A stretch of 64,000 bases of DNA, from positions 19,211 to 83,210 of IMG/VR virus record IMGVR_UViG_3300050821_001227. One strand, given 5' to 3'. The notes under the pieces were generated by a model. The model had not been told where the DNA came from. It searched no databases and saw only the letters and a program-made list of their open reading frames with translations. Numbering within the stretch: position 1 is the first letter of the stretch; every line of letters starts with the position of its first letter. Of the stretch, positions 1 through 8,946 are shown in pieces. The position numbers were made by a program, and so were the translations under genes. Source of the stretch: a virus.

Positions 1-1
1 C

Positions 2-1663
2 CTCGACTTCCGTGTGCGTGCAAGTCTTGCCGCACTTCGTGCACTTGTACGTTTCGATGGCGAGGTGCGCTTCGTTGCGCGTGGCGCGTTTGCCGCAGCA
101 CTTCGAGTTCTTGAGCCCGATGATGTCTTCGTCGGGTGGACCTGCGACGAAGCAGGCGCGAGTCTCCTTATCATGAGGAAGATTCTGGCCATTAGGCCCG
201 CTACTAGAACTGCGGCCTGTGTCAGCGTCGTATTGGTTGTACTGCGGGTGCAGCCTGTGATCGTGCGGGTTGATCCAACCCTCTTCGTCGTTGTCTTTTG
301 CCGGGGCATCGTCTTTCCATTCTGTCACCCACGTCATGCCGTAGGTGCCGATTTCCTTCGCGATCTTGCGGTACTCTGATAACGCTTTGCAGATCGGAAT
401 GTGCTCGTACTTCTCCAGCACCTCAGAAGCCGTAGACTTCATCTTCTCCAGCCCATCGACTTGATGCAGGACATCCTTGATCTGCGTCGGAGAGTTGTAG
501 TTGATGAACGCCTCACCTTGACAGGTCTCGGACTTCGTCCTGCGCGACGTGTTGGCTTTCTTCATGTCGCTGTGCGCAGTCTTCAGCGCCGTGCGGTTGT
601 CTACGATTAGCTTGTCGGCGTCTGTGTATACAGAATGCTTCTTGCCGTCCTCGCCCACGACTTCGCCGATAGCCTTCGGCAGCTTGATCGATTTCCATCG
701 CTCCTCAGCGTCTGTGATCTGCTTCTCTGAATAGGCTAGACCACCCTTCTTGCCAACGTAGTGGATGAACTCCTGATCCAATTCGGCCAGCGAGACGACT
801 AAGTCCAACTTACGTTTCTCGACCTTCGCGGTCCAGCGCGGGATGTCGATACAGTCGCCATGAACGGTCATGTCTTGGAATGATCCGATAGCATCATTCT
901 CAATCTGGCAAATTTCTTTCAGGTTGTCGCCACAGCACTGCGCAGGGATGTTAATCCAGCGCGGGAGCCGGTTATGGATCATGCCACGTGTGACCATGTC
1001 CTGCGCCGACTTGATAACGAATGGATACCGTACGTCACCGCAAGCGTAGAAGATTTGCTCGTCGCTCAACGGGTCTGTCATGTTGAATGATGCCTGATAT
1101 TCTTTGTCGATGTCTTTGCGGAGCCAGCGACGGATGACCGACCGCATACTGAACATGTCGTACCGCTTGAGCGGCAGCCTGCCCGCGTAAATGGCTTTCT
1201 CGACCATCATACAATCGTAGAAATTCTGCGACCGCAGACCGAACAACCAGTAGTGCGAGAGATATTCGAAGCCCAGATTGAAGCCGACCTTCTTGTGCTT
1301 GCGCTCACACAAATACGGACGCAGTGTGTCAACCAGCTTCTTGAGCCGCCAGTCCATGTGCTTGCCGTAGTGGCCTTGGCTGTCCCGCAGGATGGCCGAG
1401 TCATTGCCGACGATACCAAGCAGGTCGATCAGGAACTGCTTCTCCACGTTACCGAACTGCATGGTGCGTGCCCTGCGCCAATAGAAGTCGCGCAACGGCG
1501 TTGTTTCAATGTCCCAACCGAACTCAGGATGAGCGTCCAGCCATGTGGTCAACTCGTCAAGCTGATCGATGTCGGTGATTACCGTGATGTCTGGAGGAGT
1601 CTTGAGTTCGAGCATCGGAAGATACTCTTCCTCAACCTCCGATTTCGCTTTGGCTGTAGCCAT
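2..1663 (-). CDS. polA: Family A DNA polymerase (3'-5' exonuclease plus start of polymerase domain); partial, continues beyond window start
   Basis: Not in the ORF track because it has no stop in the window. Manual translation from ATG 1663 (MATAKAKSEV...) is open to the edge. ExoI WDIET, ExoII FNLGFEY, ExoIII YACGD and the PolA motif RLHPQYNQYDADTGRSSSSGPNGQNLP...RACF are present. Confidence 0.9.
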   Translation of the reverse strand, partial: MATAKAKSEVEEEYLPMLELKTPPDITVITDIDQLDELTTWLDAHPEFGWDIETTPLRDFYWRRARTMQFGNVEKQFLIDLLGIVGNDSAILRDSQGHYGKHMDWRLKKLVDTLRPYLCERKHKKVGFNLGFEYLSHYWLFGLRSQNFYDCMMVEKAIYAGRLPLKRYDMFSMRSVIRRWLRKDIDKEYQASFNMTDPLSDEQIFYACGDVRYPFVIKSAQDMVTRGMIHNRLPRWINIPAQCCGDNLKEICQIENDAIGSFQDMTVHGDCIDIPRWTAKVEKRKLDLVVSLAELDQEFIHYVGKKGGLAYSEKQITDAEERWKSIKLPKAIGEVVGEDGKKHSVYTDADKLIVDNRTALKTAHSDMKKANTSRRTKSETCQGEAFINYNSPTQIKDVLHQVDGLEKMKSTASEVLEKYEHIPICKALSEYRKIAKEIGTYGMTWVTEWKDDAPAKDNDEEGWINPHDHRLHPQYNQYDADTGRSSSSGPNGQNLPHDKETRACFVAGPPDEDIIGLKNSKCCGKRATRNEAHLAIETYKCTKCGKTCTHTEVE

Positions 1664-1771
1664 CTAATCCTCGTCGTCTTCGTCCAGTTCTTCCAGTATT
1701 TCTCGGTCGTATTCGTGCACGAACATCGCTTGAATCTTCTGCCAGTGGTGCTCGTACTCTTCTTCGCTCAT
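1664..1771 (-). CDS. Small acidic hypothetical protein (35 aa, MSEEEYEHHW...)
   Basis: Fills the gap between primase-helicase and polA; its stop abuts the polA ATG. Confidence 0.45.
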   Translation of the reverse strand: MSEEEYEHHWQKIQAMFVHEYDREILEELDEDDED

Positions 1772-1802
1772 TCTTTTCAGAACTTCCGTAGTCGGATAGG
1801 TG

Positions 1803-3956
1803 TCACCCCTCTGATACGGTTGTATTCGTTTGGCTGCCACTGAATTCTCCTTCCGACTCTCTTACCCACTTCCACGTATTGCCCGCTTTGAACGCACGGA
1901 TATTCAGTGTCGTTCGTCCGCGACTAATCTGATTGATGGATATGCCTCTCGCCCCAGCCTGCTCGATGAGCGGAGCAGCATCCAGCGTTTGGCCCACAGC
2001 AATCACCGACTTCAGGAAGTTGATGGCGGGCTGTGTGACCTTGTCTTTGAAATCCTCTCCCTGACTGATTATGTTCTCGGCTGTGGCCTGACTTGCGCCC
2101 AAGTATTCAATGCCCGCAACGCCGACATCTTTCCCACGAAGTGGGATGGTCACCGTCTTGGTGGTATACTTGATACCGGGGAACTTACCCAAGTTCTCTT
2201 TCATCTGGAGCATCAACTTGTGATCCGGATTCTCAGGGTCACGCATGAACGTCCAGCCCATACGAGCGACACCAGCGTTGCCCACGGCTCCAATCGTCTT
2301 GTGCATCGCGCTTCGTCCTTGCGCCTTACTGTTGTGCATGACAGTGACGATTGACACGTTGAACTCTTGCGCCAGCTTGCTAAGAGGCATCAGGATGCTA
2401 CGCACTTCCTGTTCGCTATTGCCGTTCTTTGCGCCGTAATAGTTGCTCAATGGATCGATGATGATGAGCCTTACGTTCGGACACTGCTCCAAGCGCTCCC
2501 GCAAGATGAGCAAATCCTTGTCCAACCGGAACGACCGTTCTTGATCGTTCTTCTCCGCGACCATTTCCAGCACATGAATCTTACTGCGGTCGGCGTGCAT
2601 TCCAATTAAACGCGGACCGATGATGGTGCGAGGGTCATCTTCATCCGAGAATACGATGGTCTCGAATACACCGTTGTCGTTGACGCATCCATCCACGAAG
2701 TTGTCGCCAATGCTACCGCGTGCAGCAAGGTCGAACAGGATGAGGGTCTTTCCAAGCGACGGGTCGCCAGCGAAAATCGTGTTCGCTCCAAGCGGCAAGC
2801 GCTCAGGCCACAACCATTGTAACTCCTCGGGCTCAATCTCTTCGAACGTCTTCCACTTCTGGATGACAGGCGTTAATACTTCGGCCTGCGGTACTCCGAT
2901 GATAAGAGAGCGCGGGCTGAAATAGAACTTCTCCTTGCCCGATTCTTTCTCGACCTTGGCACGGAACTCTTTCCAGCCGTTGTTCGAACAACTCTCATGG
3001 AAGCAATGGAACCCGGCGATGCCGTTATCAGGCAAGAACACTGCCGCGATCCGGTCGCCTGTAGCGATGTGATCGGGATTGAATGGACAGCCATCCGTCA
3101 GAATCCACTTGCTGCCGATGCAAGGGCCGTGCGCTACGCCGTGGTGTTCCAAGAACGCTTCGATTTTCTCAGGTGTGAATACGGTGCTCGTGCTTGTGCC
3201 CGTGAACGCGGGAGCCGTGGAAGGCGTTGCTGCCGCGATCTGCGTGCCAGCCAACGCCTGCAACTGCGCGAGGGTCACCAGTCCTTCGGGGTAGCTCATG
3301 ACTTCGGCAACGCGATGAGGACGATCTTCTGTGTCGTCGCCCTTCGCAGATAGCGTGCCGTACGCCTTGACGATTCTAGCAGCGTTGAACACACTCGTAT
3401 CGACCTTGGCAAACTCGGTGTTGAACTGCGTGGCCAGTGCTTTGAGCACAGTCTTGATTAGTTCCATCGACTCGACATCGTTTGGCAGGTCGATGTTGTA
3501 AATCAGATGGAACCCGTTGCCGCTCTTGGCAGTCAAGGGCATGGCCCATCCTAAAGCCTTCAGGTGTTTGAACACGGCAGCGGTAACTTCCCGCGCTTGC
3601 TTAATCTCGTCATCGGTAGCTGACACGCCAGCGGGCCGAACAGGATCGATGTCAATCAGCAAGTGGATACGGCGTAAGATGTCGTGATCGGACGTTGTAA
3701 CCTGCGCCCGGTATTCGAGACGGTCTGCCGCACGGGCGTAGAGTGCTTCCTTGCATGGATTGAGGGTGACGTAGATGCCGTCGTACTGCCCGGACAGCTT
3801 CTGAAGCGCCTCGGCCAGCAACTTACCGTCGCCTACACGAAAGTAACCACTGATTGTCTTGTACTTCCCAGCCTTCGGCACTCGCACTTCCACGATGTCT
3901 GTCTCGACGAACATCGCTGCGATGCCTTGCATGATTAAATCCAGAGTGTCGGTCAT
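1803..3956 (-). CDS. DNA primase-helicase (AEP-like primase, Zn-binding region, AAA_25/RepA-like helicase)
   Basis: Primase motifs DIDP, SGNGFHL and DTSVFNAARI; CPF..H...CFHESC; Walker A GDPSLGKT; Walker B LIIIDP. Confidence 0.88.
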   Translation of the reverse strand: MTDTLDLIMQGIAAMFVETDIVEVRVPKAGKYKTISGYFRVGDGKLLAEALQKLSGQYDGIYVTLNPCKEALYARAADRLEYRAQVTTSDHDILRRIHLLIDIDPVRPAGVSATDDEIKQAREVTAAVFKHLKALGWAMPLTAKSGNGFHLIYNIDLPNDVESMELIKTVLKALATQFNTEFAKVDTSVFNAARIVKAYGTLSAKGDDTEDRPHRVAEVMSYPEGLVTLAQLQALAGTQIAAATPSTAPAFTGTSTSTVFTPEKIEAFLEHHGVAHGPCIGSKWILTDGCPFNPDHIATGDRIAAVFLPDNGIAGFHCFHESCSNNGWKEFRAKVEKESGKEKFYFSPRSLIIGVPQAEVLTPVIQKWKTFEEIEPEELQWLWPERLPLGANTIFAGDPSLGKTLILFDLAARGSIGDNFVDGCVNDNGVFETIVFSDEDDPRTIIGPRLIGMHADRSKIHVLEMVAEKNDQERSFRLDKDLLILRERLEQCPNVRLIIIDPLSNYYGAKNGNSEQEVRSILMPLSKLAQEFNVSIVTVMHNSKAQGRSAMHKTIGAVGNAGVARMGWTFMRDPENPDHKLMLQMKENLGKFPGIKYTTKTVTIPLRGKDVGVAGIEYLGASQATAENIISQGEDFKDKVTQPAINFLKSVIAVGQTLDAAPLIEQAGARGISINQISRGRTTLNIRAFKAGNTWKWVRESEGEFSGSQTNTTVSEG

Positions 3957-3994
3957 TGGTTACCAGCGTAACATACTTGAAACCGACCTGTCAA
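3957..3994 (-). promoter_or_regulatory. sigma70-type promoter, probably near-leaderless, for primase-helicase
   Basis: TTGACA(3994-3989)-18 nt-TACGCT(3970-3965)-8 nt-ATG; no Shine-Dalgarno. Confidence 0.6.
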
Positions 3995-4030
3995 GTTCAC
4001 GCTTGGCAGGCCGGGAGTTGTAACGTCATC

Positions 4031-4837
4031 CTAGAAAGGAATGTCTTCGTCACTGATTGGTGCGGTGGCTGGGGCTTCCTCAGCTTCGGCTGCGGCAAGC
4101 TGCGCACGGAGCGCGGCGAGTTTCGCGGCCTTGAGGTCCACGGTCGGGGCAGCGGCGGGAGCAGCGGCGGGAGCAGGAGTCACGGTCCGTGCCTGACGGA
4201 TGGTGCCTGCGCGATTCGCCGGGGCTGCGGCCTTGGGCGCTGCGACTGGAGCGGCAACCTGCGCCTGTTCTTCAACGGGCTGGATTTCTTCCACTTCAGG
4301 TTCCGCAACGGGAGCAGGAGCGGTAACCTTGGGCGCGGTCTTCTTCAACTGCGCTGCGGCTTTCTTCTGCGTTCCGCCCTGAGTCTTGCCCTGCTTCTGC
4401 TTCTGCTTTTCAGAGTAGCGGACGAAGTCATCAGGGATGGCCAGACGCTGTGTGCCCTTCGGCACTTTCAGGATGGCCACGATGTTGGTGTACGTCTTCT
4501 CGCCAGACTCGGTGGTCTCGACGACAAGCTGATTGTTGATGCCCAGCAGTTCTTCCAAATCGAACTGTCCGGACACGTCTGCGCCGAGAATGCTCTTGAG
4601 AGCCTTGCGCAGATTTGCCTTCTCGTGAAGGCTGGCAGTGTAGAACGCAGAGACGAAGTAGGGTTCGCCTTCGGAGTTCAACGTGTCGAGCATCCACTTG
4701 ATTTGTACTTTGGGCTTCACGCCGAATCCGGTCTGGACTTCGCCCAGATCGATTACGTCAACGATGACGCCAATGTACTGCCCGTCCTCCGGGCGTTCCC
4801 AGTCTTTCTGGGTTGGTTCTGAAACAACTATTGCCAT
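4031..4837 (-). CDS. Single-stranded DNA-binding protein with Ala/Pro-rich linker
   Basis: Beta-rich N-terminal domain, low-complexity linker and acidic C-terminal DEDIPF tail. It lies next to replication genes; start placed at MAIVVSEP after GGAG. Confidence 0.75.
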   Translation of the reverse strand: MAIVVSEPTQKDWERPEDGQYIGVIVDVIDLGEVQTGFGVKPKVQIKWMLDTLNSEGEPYFVSAFYTASLHEKANLRKALKSILGADVSGQFDLEELLGINNQLVVETTESGEKTYTNIVAILKVPKGTQRLAIPDDFVRYSEKQKQKQGKTQGGTQKKAAAQLKKTAPKVTAPAPVAEPEVEEIQPVEEQAQVAAPVAAPKAAAPANRAGTIRQARTVTPAPAAAPAAAPTVDLKAAKLAALRAQLAAAEAEEAPATAPISDEDIPF

Positions 4838-4884
4838 GGTGCAACTCCATTTCCGGAACCTGTCATCGGTTCCTATCGAGACTG

Positions 4885-4913
4885 AGATTACCAAAGTAAT
4901 CGCAATCTGTCAA
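4885..4913 (-). promoter_or_regulatory. sigma70-type promoter for the replication arm
   Basis: TTGACA(4913-4908)-17 nt-TAATCT(4890-4885). Confidence 0.7.
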
Positions 4914-4934
4914 GCACAAAGTTAACGAAGTTTA

Positions 4935-5221
4935 TACAAGAAATCATACCCTGCCTACAAGAAATCATATCTTAGGGTATGATTTGTTGAAGGTTGTTTG
5001 TTTTCAAGGGGCTGGCGGGAAGAAATCAAGAAATCAAGAAATCAGCGTTTTTATTCAAAAGGTCAGGCGTAGGCATAATGTAGAGGCTAAGTGTATTCTT
5101 ATGTATATAGTACATTACATAGTAGTCCTTAATTCTTACAGGTGAGTTAAGCTGACCCTTACAAGTGAACGAAGCAATTCAGGTGATTTCTTGATTTCTT
5201 GATTTCTTGATTTCTTGATTT
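4935..5221. repeat. Inverted arrays of the 8-mer AAGAAATC flanking an AT-rich core; candidate replication origin
   Basis: AAGAAATC at 4938, 4959 and 3x tandem at 5020-5043; reverse complement GATTTCTT 4x tandem at 5185-5216. The region sits at the divergent strand switch. Confidence 0.7.
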
Positions 5222-5242
5222 GAGACAAAAATAAAATAGAGC

Positions 5243-5271
5243 TTGACAGGTCACTATTACTTTAGTACCAT
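5243..5271 (+). promoter_or_regulatory. sigma70-type promoter, probably leaderless
   Basis: TTGACA(5243)-17 nt-TACCAT(5266)-7 nt-ATG(5279). Confidence 0.7.
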
Positions 5272-5278
5272 GGTAACC

Positions 5279-5551
5279 ATGTCGAAGAAGAAACCTCGCC
5301 CACTGGCGATTTTGGAGGGCAATAAATCACCGAAGTATTGGGACAAAGTTCTTTCCAGTGAAGGGCTTAGCATGGATGCAGGGATACATAGGTTCCGCGA
5401 TCTGTCGGGTGTTCGCAGGTACAGGCTGTCGTTCGTAGGAGGGTCCGGGGAAGTGGACTCGATCTACGAGATGCTGGTAGGAGACAACGGCAAAGTCAAG
5501 CCGAAGGGCGCAGGCCCGGACATGGAGGGTAACGGTGAGGGCCGCTCCTAA
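5279..5551 (+). CDS. Hypothetical protein
   Basis: ORF directly behind the promoter, start MSKKKPRP. Confidence 0.65.
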   Translation: MSKKKPRPLAILEGNKSPKYWDKVLSSEGLSMDAGIHRFRDLSGVRRYRLSFVGGSGEVDSIYEMLVGDNGKVKPKGAGPDMEGNGEGRS

Positions 5552-5888
5552 AATATATTTTACAAACGTCAGCATTTGTTTTCAATAAGCTGCGGGTATA
5601 GGCACAACAATTATCGCCAAGTTGTCCCATTCTACTAGAGAGGGGTGCAGCAATACTGCGGTCTACCCTTATTGACGCGGACACAAGCTCCCTCACACAT
5701 CGAACAAACGCCGTATAAGAATCACCCCGGCTTGCAGGAAGCCGTGAACAGGTTATAAAGAAACGGACGGGCTCCTCCACCAGCAGCAATGCTGGTCCCG
5801 TTCCGACATCAGCCGCGATTACGCTTGCCGGACACGCTAGAAGTTACCCGGAGGTAGTCGCGGCAATATTTTTGCTCTGGAGGAGACC

Positions 5889-6407
5889 ATGGCATATACA
5901 CCCGACTCTGCGCTCGAAGAGTCCCGACTTTACAACGCCAAGTTGGTGATTCAGACGTTGGCCAATTTGCCGGGCACGGATGTATTACCTGCCAACTTCG
6001 ACACATTCGCGAACAAGGTTTCCAAAAAGATTGGGCTCGAATTTCTGTATCTCGGGCGCGGGCGCTATCGAGTGATACTCGACATCGTGCATCCTGAAAT
6101 AGACTTGGGTCTTGTACTCAAGATTGGCAATCAGCAAAGCATCTCGCGGGACATCGCATTGTCCATGAAGTTTCCGGAAGACCGCCCCAAGTTGTACGCG
6201 GCTTTTGGATACGGCTTAGTGGCAGAGCGCGTCAGTACGGTGACCGGAGTTGACGACGGACGGCTGAAGACACCTGAGTTTGCGGCACGCATCGCGAAGT
6301 TGAACGAGCGTTATATAGGCCTTTTGAACGAAGACATCGGGTTCGCAGATGACAGGATTGTAGTCATCGGCAGTAGCACGCGGCTTGTGAACAACGGCAG
6401 ACGGTAA
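5889..6407 (+). CDS. Hypothetical protein with degenerate protein-kinase-like motifs
   Basis: Strong RBS; LGRGRYRV, VLKIG, GLVAERV and GLLNEDIG..RIVVIG occur in kinase order, but the catalytic Asp residues are absent. Confidence 0.5.
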   Translation: MAYTPDSALEESRLYNAKLVIQTLANLPGTDVLPANFDTFANKVSKKIGLEFLYLGRGRYRVILDIVHPEIDLGLVLKIGNQQSISRDIALSMKFPEDRPKLYAAFGYGLVAERVSTVTGVDDGRLKTPEFAARIAKLNERYIGLLNEDIGFADDRIVVIGSSTRLVNNGRR

Positions 6408-6426
6408 CATTCTCTGGGAGGAGAAA

Positions 6427-6828
6427 ATGGAAAATAACAACGACTTTGAAAAGGCGCTCGAATTGAATGAGCGTATACACGAATCGGTGGTAGCACAGGA
6501 TCATTCGCCTGAACGGGCGGTTGAGCTACCGACCGATGAGGTCAATATCGAGGCAGCGGTCAAGACGTTCACGCACGGCCCAATCACGGATTCCGTGACG
6601 GTTTCAACAAACGTTGAAATCAACGAGAAGTTGAACGATTTGATGACCGAGATTGATCCATTTGCCAGCGAAGACGAGAATGAAGTCGTCGCTTGTGCTT
6701 GTTCGGACTGCGTCGAATCGAGCACGGATACAGACTTGGAATTAATCGTCGCCGATATGTCGGAGCGGTTGGCCAGTTTGGAAGCGAGAGTTGCCGCGTA
6801 TAACGCGAAAGCATCGCATAAGATTTAG
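6427..6828 (+). CDS. Hypothetical acidic protein
   Basis: ORF with GGAGGAG RBS; CACSDC motif and C-terminal coiled coil. Confidence 0.7.
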   Translation: MENNNDFEKALELNERIHESVVAQDHSPERAVELPTDEVNIEAAVKTFTHGPITDSVTVSTNVEINEKLNDLMTEIDPFASEDENEVVACACSDCVESSTDTDLELIVADMSERLASLEARVAAYNAKASHKI

Positions 6829-6834
6829 TCATGT

Positions 6835-6972
6835 TTGAAAGTTTGCAAACGCGGTCACAGTTTGAAAGGCGATAACGTCTTGGAACAGATACGCGATGGA
6901 AGTATTCGCCGATCTTGTAAGAAATGTCAACTAGCACGGAACAAGGTCTGGCAACGAAAGAGGGTATCATAG
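6835..6972 (+). pseudogene. Zinc-finger fragment of an HNH-type endonuclease
   Basis: Frame reads KVCKRGHSLKGDN...RRSCKKC, the CxxGH...CxxC module also seen at the N-terminus of the 24426 protein; no nuclease domain. Confidence 0.5.
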
Positions 6973-7448
6973 TGGCTCAACTCACAGCACAGACAGTCGC
7001 GAAAAGACTGACCTACATGGCGGACGCGAAGAACAACATTCAAGAAGCACCCGGAACCGCCCACGTCACACCCGCCGATGGTAGCAACCCCGGTAACGGG
7101 TTGACCCCCGGCAAGAACGTTAGCATTTTCCGCATTCCAAAACCGGGAGACGGATTCCCGACCGGAAAAAGCGCGACACATTCCGCAGGCACGTACAAGC
7201 CGTTGGTGACTGCTATCCTTCAGCAAAGCAACAACACCGTTGCTGGTCAAGGAACCGCAACACCTGTGGGTTTGGCTGTTGTGGCCGATCCGCACACAGG
7301 CGGAAGATTGCAGAACAGTCTCCAGAACGATGTTTCCGTGATGTCCGCAGCCGCGCAAGCCGCTGGCACGGGCAAGAGCACTCCTACCGTTATCGCGGGC
7401 GGGGCAGCGGGAGACGGTCTGTCGCAAGGCGCAGAAACAATCAACTAA
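6972..7448 (+). CDS. Hypothetical Gly/Ala/Thr-rich protein, possibly virion-associated
   Basis: ORF track 6924..7448; GTG 6972 follows AGAGGG. Confidence 0.65.
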   Translation: MAQLTAQTVAKRLTYMADAKNNIQEAPGTAHVTPADGSNPGNGLTPGKNVSIFRIPKPGDGFPTGKSATHSAGTYKPLVTAILQQSNNTVAGQGTATPVGLAVVADPHTGGRLQNSLQNDVSVMSAAAQAAGTGKSTPTVIAGGAAGDGLSQGAETIN

Positions 7449-7511
7449 CGATCTTCCATCAACATTCGGTGACAGCAAAGCGATTCGCTACTGCTAGTCC
7501 GAATGCCTCAA

Positions 7512-7548
7512 AGGCGGATGCCCTAACATCCGCCTACTTTCTTTAGGG
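7512..7548 (+). promoter_or_regulatory. Hairpin/pseudoknot leader over the RBS of an HNH gene (copy 1)
   Basis: Stem AGGCGGATG/CATCCGCCT; loop CCCTAA is complementary to TTAGGG 7543-7548. Confidence 0.65.
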
Positions 7549-7557
7549 AGAAAGCAA

Positions 7558-8004
7558 ATGAGTTTAGAAACACAACGAGCCGCAAAGCGTCGTTGGAAAG
7601 CCAAACACCCAGAATGGCAAAAGCGTTGGAATGCGGAACATTCGGAGTTAGTTGCTCAAATGTCTCGCCGACAAGCTGCACACTGGAACGCTGCTCATCC
7701 CGAACAAAGAAAAGCGCAGCAGCGTAAAGATAGTAGAAAACGCAAGGCACATAAGCGCAATGCATCGGGAACTTTCACGGAGCAAGAGTTCAACATTCTC
7801 AAAACGTTTTACGGTAACAAGTGCCTTTGCTGTTTGCGTCCCGAAAGGTTGCTTAACGCTCTCGGTATACAGATTGTGCCTGACCACGTTGTGGCTTTGG
7901 CAAAAGGCGGGACTAACGATATCGGAAACATTCAACCGCTTTGTCACGGTAAAGGCGGCTGTAATAACCGCAAAGGCGTAAAGCACGAAGACTACCGAGG
8001 ATAG
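7558..8004 (+). CDS. HNH homing endonuclease
   Basis: CLCC...DHVVALAKGGTNDIGNIQPLC...CNNRKG. Confidence 0.9.
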   Translation: MSLETQRAAKRRWKAKHPEWQKRWNAEHSELVAQMSRRQAAHWNAAHPEQRKAQQRKDSRKRKAHKRNASGTFTEQEFNILKTFYGNKCLCCLRPERLLNALGIQIVPDHVVALAKGGTNDIGNIQPLCHGKGGCNNRKGVKHEDYRG

Positions 8005-8006
8005 CC

Positions 8007-8435
8007 ATGCAATCGACTGTACGCGTGAAAAGAACACAGGCAGCGTACTTTAGAAAGCTGGCCCTCGCGGAAGCAAGGAAGTCGGGCAAAGAAATTCAAG
8101 CGTACTTGGTGGGACATGTTGTCTCACCGCAACTCGTTGTTGTGGACTCGTTCCATTACACGAAGAAGTATGCCGACCAGACCACGTGTTTCGTGCGCTG
8201 GTTCGAAGACGATTATCAAGTCATCAAAGCTGCCGCAGAGGCAGCAGGCAAGCATATCATCGGTGACGCCCACAGCCATCCCGAGTGGGACGCGGTATTA
8301 AGTCCGACCGATTATATTTCGCACATTCAGGAAGGTTACCGCATCGCGGGAATCTGCTCGACGAACAAGGGCCGCACGCGGCTCCGATTCTGGGTAGCAG
8401 AGAGCGCCCTCCCCCTGAAAATAGAGTATAATTAG
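8007..8435 (+). CDS. Stand-alone JAB/MPN (JAMM) metalloprotease
   Basis: E(IQAYLVG)...IIGDAHSHP...LSPTD matches the E-xn-HxH-x7-S-x2-D motif. Confidence 0.8.
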   Translation: MQSTVRVKRTQAAYFRKLALAEARKSGKEIQAYLVGHVVSPQLVVVDSFHYTKKYADQTTCFVRWFEDDYQVIKAAAEAAGKHIIGDAHSHPEWDAVLSPTDYISHIQEGYRIAGICSTNKGRTRLRFWVAESALPLKIEYN

Positions 8436-8454
8436 CCATGCTCTGGGAGGAGAC

Positions 8455-8679
8455 ATGAAGCGCCACACACGCGATACCATCATCGCGCAGATTAACAAAA
8501 AGATAGCCAGCGGCAAAGCGAACAACGCTGAAGTCGTGTTGGTGTGGATGCGCCTCATGTTGACCGAGCCCGAAGTTTGGGGACCACGGTTCGATAAGTG
8601 GTGCACCAAATCGAACAACATCACGCCTGCCGATCAGATACCGGACAACGATCCGTATGCTGGAAACGGAGGCAGATGA
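8455..8679 (+). CDS. Hypothetical protein
   Basis: ORF with GGAGGAG RBS. Confidence 0.7.
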   Translation: MKRHTRDTIIAQINKKIASGKANNAEVVLVWMRLMLTEPEVWGPRFDKWCTKSNNITPADQIPDNDPYAGNGGR

Positions 8680-8945
8680 TGGGCGTCACGACCAAGTATG
8701 AAATCACTCGCACCGAAGTCGATAGACTCGCGCTGGAGTGGTGCAAGGCGAAGCACGTTGTCGTCATGCTAGACGATGTTGCGAGAAACTTCGCAAGAGA
8801 CATCGCGAATAAAGTTCTCCGCGACTTTGTACAGAGTATTGCAGAGATACAAGCAGCGAAAAAAGCAGCAGCTACGGGCGAACCTGCCCCGGCTGCCGCT
8901 CCCGCAGCGACCCCGACGAAACCTTCCATCATCCTGACAGATTGA
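8676..8945 (+). CDS. Hypothetical protein
   Basis: ATGA overlap with the previous gene and GGAGG RBS. Confidence 0.65.
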   Translation: MMGVTTKYEITRTEVDRLALEWCKAKHVVVMLDDVARNFARDIANKVLRDFVQSIAEIQAAKKAAATGEPAPAAAPAATPTKPSIILTD

Positions 8946-8946
8946 C

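Noticed and set aside
14-1843. Plus-strand ORFs 14..379, 401..610, 549..734 and 1253..1843
   Set aside because: Antisense shadows of the minus-strand polymerase frame, which has clear catalytic motifs.
5020-5220. Possible CRISPR array
   Set aside because: Tandem 8-mers without spacers; no cas genes or spaced repeats were seen in the window.
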